A stretch of 64,000 nt of DNA from Mustelus asterias (lineage: Eukaryota): assembly GCF_964213995.1 (NCBI RefSeq), contig NC_135817.1, positions 52,700,001-52,764,000 on the forward strand. The letters run 5' to 3'. This document shows positions 52,972 to 64,000 of the stretch, piece by piece; position 1 is the stretch's first letter; each line of letters begins with the position of its first letter. Position numbers and translations under genes: made by a program. The notes below the pieces were generated by a model. That model ran no database searches and was not told where the DNA came from. It saw only the letters and a program-made list of their open reading frames with translations.

Positions 52972-53991
52972 CCAAAATTGGCTTGTTAGTAGGAGGCAAA
53001 GGGTGATGGTGGAAGGTTGTTTTTGTGATTGGAAGCCTGTGACCAGTGGTGCTGGGACCCTTGTGGTTTGTTATATACATTAAAGACTTGGATGTGAATG
53101 TAGAAGGTGAAATTATTTCATGCCGATGGCATGAAAATTGCTGGTGGTGTTGATAGTGAGGAAGATAGTCTTAGGCTATAGACTGATATTGATCAGCTGG
53201 TAAGTTGGGCAGAGAAATAGCAGATGGAATTTAATCCTGATAAGAATGAGGTAATGCATTTTTGGAGGTCTAAAACAGATAGGATATACACAATGAACAG
53301 TAGGTCCCTAGAGAATATTGAGGATCAAAGGGAACTTGGTGTGCAAGCCACAGAACCCTGAAGGTGACAGCAGAGGTAGATAGGGTGGTGAAGAAGGCAT
53401 ACAGAATGCCTCCATCAGCCAGTGCATAGAATTAGGAGCAGGGAGGTCTTGGTACAACTTTATAAAACATTGGTTAGGCCACAGATGGAATATTGTGTGC
53501 TGTTCTGGTCACCACACTATTGGAAGGGTATGATTGCACTGAAGGAGGTGCAGAGGAGATTCACCAGGATGTTGCCTGGGATGGAAAGTTCCAGCAAGAG
53601 GAGAGACTGGATAGGCTGGGTTTGTTTTCCCTGGAGCAGAGGAGGCTGAGGGAGAGGGAGGAGGCATTGATATGGTAGATCATAAGATTTTTTCCCCCAT
53701 GGCAGAGATGTCTAAGTCCAGAGGGCATAGGTTTAAAGTGAGGAGTAAATGGTTTAAAGGGATCTGAAGAAAAACCTTTTCCCCGAAAGGGTGATGGAAA
53801 TATGGAACATGCTGCCTGAGAGGGTGGTGGAGGTAACATTTAAGAAGCAGCTGGATGAGCACTTAAATTGCCAAGGCATAGTAGGTTATGGACCAAGGGC
53901 TGGTAAATGAGATTAGTATCGACTGGTATTTGATGGTCAGCATAGATCTGGTGGGTCCAAAAAGCCTGTTTCTGTGCTGTATGACTCTATG
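52972..53991 (+). mobile_element. CR1 LINE 3' fragment nested in family C LINE
   Basis: LVQLYKTLVRPQMEYCVLFWSPHY...QRRFTRMLPG; tail CTGTGCTGTATGACTCTATGA. Confidence 0.9.
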
Positions 53992-54078
53992 AAAAGTCAG
54001 GAGTATGATGGAATATCCTCTACTTGCCTGGGTGAGTGCCGTTCCACCAATACTCAAAAGCTTGACACTGTAGGACAA

Positions 54079-55040
54079 TGGTATTCATGATGTGGAGATG
54101 CCGGCGTTGGACTGGGGTAAACACAGTAAGAAGTTTAACAACACCAGGTTAAAGTCCAACAGGTTTATTTGGTAGCAAAAGCCACACAAGCTTTCGAGGC
54201 TCTGAGCCCCTTCTTCAGGTGAGTGGGAATTCTGTTCACAGACAGAACTTATAAAGATACAGACTCAATTTACATGAATAATGGTTGGAATGCGAATACT
54301 TACAACTAATCCAGTCTTTAAGAAACAAAACAATGGGAGTGGAGAGAGCATCAAGACAGGCTAAAAAGATGTGTATTGTCTCCAGACAAGACAGCCAGTG
54401 AAACTCTGCAGGTCCACGCAACTGTGGGAGTTACAAATAGTGTGACATAAACCCAATATCCCGGTTGAGGCCGTCCTTGTGTGTGCGGAACTTGGCTATC
54501 AGTTTCTGCTCAGCGACTCTGCGCTGTCGTGTGTCGCGAAGGCCGCCTTGGAGAACGCTTACCCGAATATCAGAGGCCGGGCATTCGGCCTCTGATATTC
54601 GGGTAAGCGTTCTCCAAGGCGGCCTTCGCGACACACGACAGCGCAGAGTCGCTGAGCAGAAACTGATAGCCAAGTTCCGCACACACAAGGACGGCCTCAA
54701 CCGGGATATTGGGTTTATGTCACACTATTTGTAACTCCCACAGTTGCGTGGACCTGCAGAGTTTCACTGGCTGTCTTGTCTGGAGACAATACACATCTTT
54801 TTAGCCTGTCTTGATGCTCTCTCCACTCCCATTGTTTTGTTTCTTAAAGACTGGATTAGTTGTAAGTATTCGCATTCCAACCATTATTCATGTAAATTGA
54901 GTCTGTGTCTTTATAAGTTCTGTTTGTGAACAGAATTCCCACTCACCTGAAGAAGGGGCTCAGAGCCTCAAGCTTGTGTGGCTTTTGCTACCAAATAAAC
55001 CTGTTGGACTTTAACCTGGTGTTGTTAAACTTCTTACTGT
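54079..55040. mobile_element. Penelope-like element (GIY-YIG C-terminus + pseudo-LTR) as a fold-back palindrome
   Basis: Arms 54123-54579 and 54586-55040 with a 6-nt loop GGCATT. Each arm encodes ASDIRVSVLQGGLRDTRQRRVAEQKLIAKFRTHKDGLNRDIGF*, the typical PLE endonuclease end (E..LI......GLN.D). ACTGTAGGACAA is duplicated at 54067-54078 and 55036-55047. Confidence 0.92.
54182..54227 (-). ncRNA. Minimal hammerhead-ribozyme-like motif in PLE pseudo-LTR
   Basis: Minus strand reads CCCACUCAC-CUGAAGA-A-GGGGC-UCAGA-GCCUC-GAAA-GCUU-GUGUGG: CUGANGA and GAAA cores, 5-bp stem II, palindromic AGCU mini stem III, CAC/GUG stem I. Confidence 0.65.
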
Positions 55041-56084
55041 AGGACAAAGCAGCCCGCCTGATTGGCACCCTTTTTCACAAACATTCATTGCCTCCACCCT
55101 GACAAACAGTGATACCATTAACAAAGTGCACTGCAGGAACCCACCAAGCCTCCTTAGACAGAACCTTCCATGACCACTACGATCTAGAAGGACAAGGGCA
55201 GTTGCTATGTGGGAACACCTGGAAGCACCGCACCATCCTGACTTGGAAATATATTGCTGTTTCTTTGCTATTGCTGGCTCAAAATCCCAGAATTCCCTCC
55301 CTAACAGCAAAATGGCTGTACCTACTCTATATGGTTTAAGGCGGTAGCTCACCACCAGTCTCTCTCTCACAATTTGGGACGGACAATAAATGCGGCCCAA
55401 TCAGTGATGGCCACAACTTGTAAATGTATATAAAAAAAGATTTAACTTTGTCACAGTCATACTGAATATCATCTGTGACTTTGATAATAGCTATTTCAAT
55501 ACCGAGGCAGGACAGAGGTGTTGAAGAAGTAGATTTGCAGTCGGGAACATAAGATGGGGGTTAAAGCTATACATTCCAGGTTGATCCTGGAATAGTGAGC
55601 AGTTTTAGTGGTCACGAGCGGGACCTGATAATGTTCTATGTGCTTCAGCCAGACCTGGCAATGAATGGCTATACCATTTGTCTGCCTTACCAGTTCAATT
55701 TGGCATGGTAATTATTTTAAGGGGTCTACGGCATCAAAGATGGTGAGGGTGTGGTTGAGCAGATCAGTTGCTACGGAAATGTTCCCATGAACCGAGAGCC
55801 TAAAAGTTAAATAGTTGGGGCGAAACATGGTCCACTATACTTCTCGCCAGAAGGCCACCTTGTTTACCTGGCTGTGCTTCAGCTGCTGCCTGGGGCTCTC
55901 CTGCCAACTGTAAAATTCCAGTCCGTGCAGGAAAGGGGCTTATCTCTACTGGCTTACTGCCTTGCTAAAAATAACTCCGAGGCAGGATGGTGCCTGCAAA
56001 TTGGCAAACCAGCCAGGAAATTGCATACCTCCTGCCTCCATCAGCCTCCCAAAACACAGGAAATTCTGAAGGGACTTAGTGTAA

Positions 56085-56290
56085 TAAGTGCTAGAGGAGG
56101 TGGTAAACACAGGCACATTAGCAACATTTAAGAGGCATCTGGATGGGTACATGAATAGGGAGGGAATAGAGGGATATGGATCAAGTAAAGGGCAAGTTTT
56201 TTTTTTAGTTTTGTTCGGGCATCATGATCGGCACAAGCTTGGAAGGCCGAAGGGCCTGTTCCTGTGCTGTACTTTTCTTTGTTCTTTGTA
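56085..56290 (+). mobile_element. CR1 3' end (subfamily A-like tail)
   Basis: EVVNTGTLATFKRHLDGYM; tail CCTGTTCCTGTGCTGTACTTTTCTTTGTTCTTTG. Confidence 0.85.
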
Positions 56291-57009
56291 AATGCTGAGA
56301 GACTGTATTCTAGACATTCCAACCTGCAGAAATGGTATCAGTCTTGGGATAAGATAAAATCATTTAAGACAGAGACAAAGAAGAATTTTTTTCACTCAAG
56401 TTTGTGAATCTTTAAAATGCCCGATCCCAGAGAGGGCACTAGGTCATTGAGTACCTTTTAAGGGCAATTTATATTTTTTGGAGCCTGGAATCGAACAGGA
56501 GAGTGGAGTTGAGGCCAAAAGATCAGCCATGGTGTTGTGGAATGGCAAAGGAGATTTAAGGGGCTTTATGGCCAATTCCTCCTAATTCTTACCATCATTA
56601 ACATACACTAACACATTTAAAATAGCCAGTTATGTTGCACTATGATAAAGTGACTGTTGTTGATTTACAACTACTCCGCTGCTGACATCAGATGTGTATG
56701 CCAAATATAGTTGAAGAGTATCCTCTTTATATTGTAAAACAGCTTCATCGGAATTATGACCCAAGGCTGCCACTGCAGTCAAATCCATTCCTTTTATGCT
56801 GCGTGCCGGATTTCACAGCAGCAGCCCAACAAACAAATAACACTGCATGTCTGAAAGTTGCTATTCACTTTGTTGCTGACGCATGGTCCATTCCTCATGT
56901 CTGAGAATAGTGTGTACTGCTCAACACACAACAAAAAAAACTGCATTACTGGGAGAGTGCCTCTTCCTCCAGTTGGGGGATTCCATTTTACCTAAGAAAA
57001 AGGAGGAGG

Positions 57010-58125
57010 AGAAGACCACATGGCCTCCCTGAGCCTGCTCCGCCATTCAATACGATCATGGCTGATCTCCAGCCTCAACTCCCATTTTCCCACCCATTTC
57101 CCCCATCCCTTAATTCACTGAAAGACCAAAAATCTGCCTATCTCAACCTTGCAAGTATTAAGCGGCATAGTGGTTAACACTGCTGCCTCACAGCGCCAGG
57201 GACCAGAGTTCGATTCCTGGCTTGGGTCACTGTGCGGAGTCTGCACATTCTCCCCGTGTCTGTGTGGGTTTCCTCTGGGTGCTTCAGTTTCCTCCCACAG
57301 TCTGAAAGATGTGCTGGTTAGGTGCATTGGCCATGCTAAATTCTCCCTCAGCGTACCTGAACAGGTGGCAACTAGGGGATTTTCACAGTAACTTTATTGC
57401 AGTGTTAATGTAAGCCTACTTGTGACACTAATACATAAACTTTAAACTAAACTTTAAACAATGCAAAATCCACAACCCTTTGCGGTAGAAAATTCCACAA
57501 ATGTGCAACCCTTTGAATGAAGACATTTCTCCTCATCTTGGTCCCAAGTGATTGGCTCATTATCCTCAAACTGTGCCTCTGTGGACTAGATTCCCCAGCC
57601 TTTGGAAACAACCTCTCTTATTTCAATGAAATCACCTCATTTTCTTAAACTTCGGAGAACATAGACACAATTTATTCAATCTCTCATCTCAGGAACCGAT
57701 CCAATGAACCTTTTTAATGCAAGCATATCCTTCCTTAAATATGGGCACCAAAACTGCGCACAGTATTCCAGGTATGGTCTCAATAAAGATAGGTATGACT
57801 GAAGCAAGACTTCCTTGCTCTTGTATTCCAATCCCATGGCAACAAAAACTAACATTTCATTTGTCTTCCAAATCACTTGCGGTATCTGCCTGCTAACTTT
57901 GTGTTCTTTGTACAAGTACACCCAAATCCCTCTGACTGTCATTTACAAGTTTCACACCGTTTTTATAAAAAAATCTGCTTTTCCATTCTTACATCCAAAG
58001 TGTATAACTGCACCCTTCCCCACATTACGCTCCCCTGCCACTTTTTTTCCCCACTCACTTATCCTATCTATATCTCTCTGCAGCCTCTTTGTGTCCTCCT
58101 TACAGCTTACGTTTCCACCTAGCTT
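57010..58125 (-). mobile_element. CR1 3' fragment containing a type 2 V-SINE (57162-57458, plus strand)
   Basis: LRPYLEYCAQFWCPYLRKD, LQRDIDRISEW; SINE with tail type 2 inserted. Confidence 0.88.
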
Positions 58126-58384
58126 TTTTGTGCATTTACCAGTTATGTGCTGCAGTCTCAAGTGGTAGGTTGAGGTGCTGTCCCCAAACTCAGCATTTCC
58201 ATTAGCGGTGGCGTTGTGAAGGAGGCAAAAGTGAGATCAGTAACCCAATTTGTTCTGTATGAAGTGTCTTGGTGTACTCACAAGTTGATTAGTGACAAAT
58301 TTGGCAGCATCTGGTTCAGGTATAAACTCAGAAATGCTGGCAACTAATGTCCATTGCAAACAATCTGCTTGATAATTTCAATTA

Positions 58385-58590
58385 GTTCAAAGATGTGCGG
58401 GTTAGGTTGATTGGCCATGCTAAAAAAAAAATTGCCCTTAGTGTCCTGAGATGCGTAGGTTAGAGGGATTAGTGGGTAAATATCTAGGGATATGGGGGTA
58501 GGGCCTGGGTGGGATTGTGGTCGGTGCAGACTCGATGGGCTGAATGGCCTCTTTCTGTGCTGTAGGGTTTCTAAGACTTCTAAGATTCTA
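58385..58590 (+). mobile_element. 5'-truncated HE1-like SINE, tail type 1
   Basis: Close match to the 3' half of the 11950-12293 copy. Confidence 0.88.
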
Positions 58591-58914
58591 AGAATGATTA
58601 GTGTTCAAAATGATTTGAACATGGTCAACCAAATAATTCAGATTTAATGCTGCAACTTATTTAAATGACCTCCTGTCTTTGATTTATCTCCAAAAAATGA
58701 AATTAAAAACAATTTTTTTTAAATTGGGCTTGTGCAGATTATGTTTGAATAGCTGGCAATAAAGATTAGATGCCATACAGCAACACTAAATTAAAATCTC
58801 ATTCGAAAATGTAACAGTTTGCACAGAGTTCACAATGTGAGTGCACTCTTTATCACCATGGCTATAATAGTTAGAGAGCCATCATTTTTAATCTAGGTAA
58901 ATTGAATTCTTCAA

Positions 58915-59200
58915 TGGCAGGCACTGCTGCCTCACAGTGCCAGGGACCCGGGTTCGATTCCCGGCTTGGGCCGCTGTCTGTGCAGTGTCTGCACCTTCTC
59001 CCCGTGTCTGCGTGGGTTTCCTTTGGGTGCTCCGGTTTCCTCCTACAGTCTGAAAGACGTGCTTGGTGCATTGGCCATGCTAAATTATCCCTCAGTGTAA
59101 CTAAACGGGCGTCAGAGTGTGATGACCAGGGGATTTTCACAATAAGTTCATTGCAGTGTTAATGTAAGCCTACTTGTGACACTAATAAATAAACTAAAAA
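58915..59200 (+). mobile_element. V-SINE, tail type 2
   Basis: B box GGTTCGATTCC, V-core, tail GCCTACTTGTGACACTAATAAATAAACT. Confidence 0.9.
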
Positions 59201-59541
59201 AACTTTTTAGGTGTTGCAACTTAGATAAGGAGAGATTATTTAAACACTACTTCAGAGTAATAAGAATGTTAAACAGTTTTTAACCATTGAATTTGTACTG
59301 TATGGAAATGTGTTTTTAAGCCCACAATTAACTGATAATAGCTCTCAACAAAGTTTCACTTTTTGTGTTTTTGAAAAAGTTATCCAGCTTGCAATCCTAA
59401 TGAACATTTGCCTTCGAAAGGGCTGCTACCATCCAGTTCATCTGGTGTTAATATTGTGGCTATATTGGAATGATTGTAGCCATTACAGGCCAACAGAAGT
59501 TGCTGACATGACTCTGAACCCCATGGCCGGAATTCTCTGCC

Positions 59542-59746
59542 CATATAAAGACACAAACTCAATTGAGTTTGTGTCTTTATATGCCCTGTTTGTGAACAGA
59601 ACTCCCACTCACCTGAAGAAGAGGCTTGGGGCTCCGAAAGCTTGTGTGGCTTTTGCTACCAAATAAACCTGTTGGACTTTAACCTGGTGTTGTTAAACTT
59701 CTTACTGTGTTTACCCCAGTCCAACGCCGGCATCTCCACATCATGA
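59542..59746 (+). mobile_element. Penelope-like pseudo-LTR (same family as the 54-55 kb element) with 42-bp perfect 5' palindrome
   Basis: 59561-59746 matches the palindrome arm including the tail GTTTACCCCAGTCCAACGCCGGCATCTCCACATCATGA; CTGAAGA at 59613-59619 and GAAA at 59636-59639; 59542-59583 is self-complementary. Confidence 0.9.
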
Positions 59747-60370
59747 TAACTTAATTGACAGAGACAATCGATTACCTGGAAAGAGATATGGATTAGACCA
59801 TGATAGGTTTGTTCTATTCTTTGCAAGCTGATGTTGATTACTGCAGCCTGTAATTTAGTGACTGGATCAGACAAGTAATACTTAATTCACAAATGCATCA
59901 GTGTTACGATGGTTAATTTGTTTTGCGTCAGTTTTATTCAGTGCGCTCGCATTAGTGTAGATAGGAGCTGAGGCTGTTTTCCATTCAGTTTTGTGATGAC
60001 AGCAAATGCAGAGCCATCAAAGATGGGTTGGATGTGCTTGTAGACAGGTGCATGGTGTGTGGTAAATAAACTTAGTGAACTGCAGGCTCAACTGCAAGTT
60101 GCTCCCTGGGGCTCAGACATAGTGGTAATGGCGAACACCTAGGCTAAAAGAAGGGGAAAAGGGAACTTCATATTCCTGGCTACAAGGTACAACAACAACA
60201 ACTTGTGTTTATGTAGTATCTTTAATGTAATGAATGGCACTTCACAGGAACTTTATGAAGCAAAATTTGGCATCAAGTCAAATAAAGCAGATAGCCAAAA
60301 GCTTGGTCAAAGACGTAAGCTTTAAAAACCATTTTGAGGAAAGAGTAGAGAGACATGTTTAAGGAGGATT

Positions 60371-60724
60371 TCTTTTTCATTCGTGGGACATGGGCACTGC
60401 TGGCTGGCCAGCATTTATTGCCCATCCCTAGTTGTCCAAGGGCTGTTGAGAATCAACCACATTGCTGTGGCTCTGGAGTCACATGTAGGCCAGACCAGGT
60501 AAAGATGGCAGATTTTCTACACTAAAGGACATTAGTGAACCAGATGGGTTTTTACAACAATCGACAATGGTTTCATGGTCATCAATAGATTCTTAATTCC
60601 AGATATTTTTTATTGAATTCAAAGTCCACCATCTAGCATGGCAGGATTTGAACCCGGGTCCCCGGAACATTATCTGGGTTTCCGGATTAATAGTCCAGTG
60701 ATAATACCACTAGGCCATCGCCTT
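60371..60724 (-). mobile_element. tRNA-SINE family C, full length
   Basis: Minus-strand A box TGGCCTAGTGG, B box GGTTCAAATCC; tail GGGATGGGCAATAAATGCTGGCC shared with LINE family C. Confidence 0.88.
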
Positions 60725-63700
60725 CCCTTCCAGAGCTTAGGGCAGCTGAAGGCCATAGCCACCAATGATGGAGCACTTAAAATCAGACATTAGCATTACC
60801 AACTCTGGCTGGTCATCTTATGGGACATGTCTGTGGAAGTGAAGTCCTGGGAAGCCAGCAGAAGTGATGTCATGGAATGCCAGTGGTGTGGTACGAGCAT
60901 GTGAAGCTAGAGAAAAGGCCTGTGACGCTGAGTGAAGGGAAATGAACCTGCCTGCACTGAATTCCACAACTTAGTTGGAACAATTCCTCTCCCTGCCAGT
61001 TACTCTGGGGGGGTATGCAAATCCGTAGCGCACCCCAATCTACCCGATTACCAACAATTTAATCCAACACTAATTAATAACACTAATTGCTCACTATAGC
61101 AGCATCTACCCAGTCTCAGCCAAGCCTAACCTTGGCTCATAATCAGTGCCCTTGCCTCCAGCTCTGCAGCCCAAGTGGGCAACGCCTCAACTGATTGGAG
61201 CACTGATCACCTGGTGTGGAGGCCATATTGGATATTTCCATCAAGTGGCCTCTGTCAATGCAGCTTTTCCATTGGTGGACGAGTAGGTTCCTGATTTAGG
61301 GAAGATCAGGTGGTACCCAAGCCCAGACTGTGATTGGCTGGTGATTGGCTGGTAGATGGCTGACAGAATGCTTTGTTTGGCCTTTGGGAGAATGAAGCCG
61401 ATTCTGAGGGACCCCCGGCCATTTCGGGAGGTTTGGTAATCCTATCAGGGATGTCTGAGAGATCAGAATTAGAGGAGTGCAGATATCCTGGAGGGCTGTG
61501 GAGCTGGAGAAGATTAGCAATAGGGAAAAATTATTGCTGGAGGATTAGTAAGAAGGCACAAATTATAGGTAATTGGCAAAAGAATGGTGGAAGCAGATAT
61601 AGATAAAGGGAATTCTACACATGTTTGAAAGGGAAACAAACTACAGGGCACTGGAAAAAGAGGAGGTAAGTTGAATTAATTGGAAAGGTCTGCCAAAGAG
61701 GTGGCACAAGTGCAATACGGTGAATGGCATCTGTTAAGCTGTATCATTTTATGATAATAAATACCTCATGCCTGCACATTGTGGTAACATGCCAGTATAT
61801 CAATGAGCTTGTAATGTTGCCGACTTTTCCATGTTAGGTGTGATAGTACAAGCTAATCAAATTGCCATAGCAACATAACACCAGTCAGCTTCCTGCTTGC
61901 TCCTTGGCTCTCAGCCTCTGTTAAGACCTTTTGTTTTGCTGCCACCTCTTCCTGCTCTCCCCTGTAGTAGGCAGCATCAGCAGCAACGACTGAGTTTCTG
62001 CCTGGGAATAGGCTGCAATTCACTATCTCGCTGTTCTCCCTGTGCTGTGCTCACCAGCGGTACCTTTCTCCCCACTCATTTGCTCCATTCTCAGCTCCGT
62101 AACTTTGATGATCTGTGAGGAATATCACAGGAAATCTACTACATAGCTTTTAAAATGCTTTATTGAGCAACTCTGCAGCCTTATTTACACATAACACTTT
62201 ATGCTGTTACGAATGCAATGCTGAATACAAGTTCAGTTGCCAGTGTAAACATTGTTGAGAAAATTTACCAGTTGATTAAAGGCTGCACAACGTTTAGACA
62301 CCAGTTCTGTAGGGATGTGGAGTGGCAAGTGTTGAACCAAGAGGTGACCTTTCTGTCATCCCAGAAAAATATCCCCTTGTGAATTTTAAAAATGTACACA
62401 GAATTGTACATGCCATAAACCCACACAAAAGTTTGACGATTAAGCCAGAACTACAGGACAAGCAAAGTAAGTTGGTAAGATTAAACAAAACTGCTTCCAG
62501 ACTTCATGTAAATGATCGAACTCAGGAATGAAATACAGTTTAAAATTATCAGATGAGGAGAGACTCAGGTTCAGTTTAGTGAGATATAATTTTGTTTTTA
62601 ATTTGTCAACATTGTTATAATAGGTTAGAATTCATAGTTGAGATTAAACTAATTATCATTTTGTACTGTGTAATTTTCATTACTGACTTTCTTGATCATT
62701 TTCAGGAACATTAAGGGGAGAATTCAACTCACAGCTACCGTTTCCCCCCCTCCCATATATAGTCAATGTAGCCCTTTAAATTTCACATCATGATCGAAGA
62801 TGGCTGAACTGTACCGGTTGTGTTAGACAGGACGTTGGTAAAAGTAACTTTTAGTCATTCAGGGCACACCTGAAACAGCTGATGGCTCCAAAATATATCA
62901 GCCAAATGAACAATTCAGATTTAAATGGGGCTGAATCTTGTGCTTTGTGTATCGTACCAGCTGTTGTGAGGCCCAGCGATCCTTAAAGCATCCACTCTTC
63001 TTGCTGTACCCAGCCAGAAGACCTCTGGCCCACTGCTCTTCGAACCATCCCCAAAACCTGATCTGCCATCTGGTTCAGTGTGGAAACCAGCTGATTTCCT
63101 GCCAGCCCTGAACAGGCAAGGCTCCTGCAGCTCACCAGCTACCCATTGTCTTGCCAGCATTGCCCCTTGTTAGAGGCACAAGTAGAATTTATCTATGATT
63201 AGTTATTTTGACCGACAGTTTATAAACTCACATTTTGACCACTGTCTTCAACATCCAACCATATTTTGCAGTGTTGTATTATCACCTGACTGAACTGTAG
63301 ACACCTGAGTGCATGGCCATTCCATGGTTCTCAATACTACATGCTACCCCCATCCCCACCCCGCCATGTCACCCACATTGGATCATTAACTGATCCAAGG
63401 AAGGTATTGAAACACCCATCACCAAGGCAGATACTAAACATCTGATTCACTTCCTCCTCCAATTATTGGCCATTGCCCAGTCTCAATTTCTAGGCTGCAG
63501 GGAGGATTGAACTTGTGTGGGAGAAGGCTGAAAATCAAGAGCATTACATCTTGGGCGGGAAGGGGGATGGGGCACTTCCATCTGAAGCCCCTTCTGAAGT
63601 TGGGCCTTAACTCTTAAGGTCCAGTGGTCTCTAGATCTCTCTTTCCTGACCTCCCAGACCCCGATCACCCACTTTGTGCATCTCCCCTCTCCCCCACCAA

Positions 63701-64000
63701 CCCCAAGCTTTCCCTGTCATCTCCATCCTGGAGCCTAGTAAAATTGCCTGGGCCTCCACTCCCCAGACTTCATCTCAGGTGATCTCCTGCATTTCTTGTT
63801 TTTGTCCATTACAGCGCTCATGCAACGTGGGGGCTTCCTCTCAAGTGAGAGGTGCAAGTCCCGCCTGTGGATACTTAACATTCGCTCGAGTGTGAAGGGG
63901 CACTAGGGGTCATCAGGGATGTGTTCCCTGCTAACTCTTTGGATGAAGGGAAGTGATAACCAGCCATTTAAAAAAAACTCAGGCCATGAATTAATTATGT

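Larger units (their letters stand above)
52700..55435 (+). mobile_element. LINE family C fragment hosting two nested insertions
   Basis: Pieces 52700-52971, 53992-54078 and 55041-55435 are collinear with the reverse complement of 50885-51700. Confidence 0.85.

Noticed and set aside
54431-54929. Mirror-image ORFs on both strands as real genes
   Set aside because: They are by-products of the palindrome; only the ~50-aa GIY-YIG C-terminal remnant is meaningful.
54123-55040. Palindrome as a DNA transposon with long TIRs or as a pure assembly artefact
   Set aside because: Arms encode a PLE endonuclease end and are asymmetric (tail on one arm). Three inter-arm differences, a flanking duplication and a resumed host LINE argue against an artefact, though reads should confirm.

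Overview
Eukaryotic vertebrate genomic DNA, most likely a cartilaginous fish (shark-type HE1/V-SINEs, CR1 LINEs and Penelope-like elements). The only host gene supported is a + strand PTGFRN (EWI-F/CD9P-1) orthologue. Eight coding exons (2-9, 20072-45612) splice in frame through phase-1 GT-AG introns and encode six Ig domains, a TM helix and a short tail. The signal-peptide exon was not found and probably lies upstream of the window. The rest is repeat-dominated: young and old CR1 LINEs (some nested three deep), about 20 tRNA-derived SINEs with two alternative tails, a Rex1/Babar fragment, a decayed Gypsy element and MITE-like elements. The most striking feature is a 918-bp near-perfect palindrome (54123-55040) built from the GIY-YIG end and pseudo-LTR of a Penelope-like element. 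It carries a minimal hammerhead-ribozyme motif that is intact in one arm and broken in the other. Two further Penelope-derived insertions (59.5 kb and 41.1 kb) show the same fold-back architecture, suggesting a recurrent hairpin-primed integration route. Two non-tandem templated duplications of local sequence are also present. Most short ORFs in the track are repeat-derived noise. Repeat boundaries were estimated by eye.
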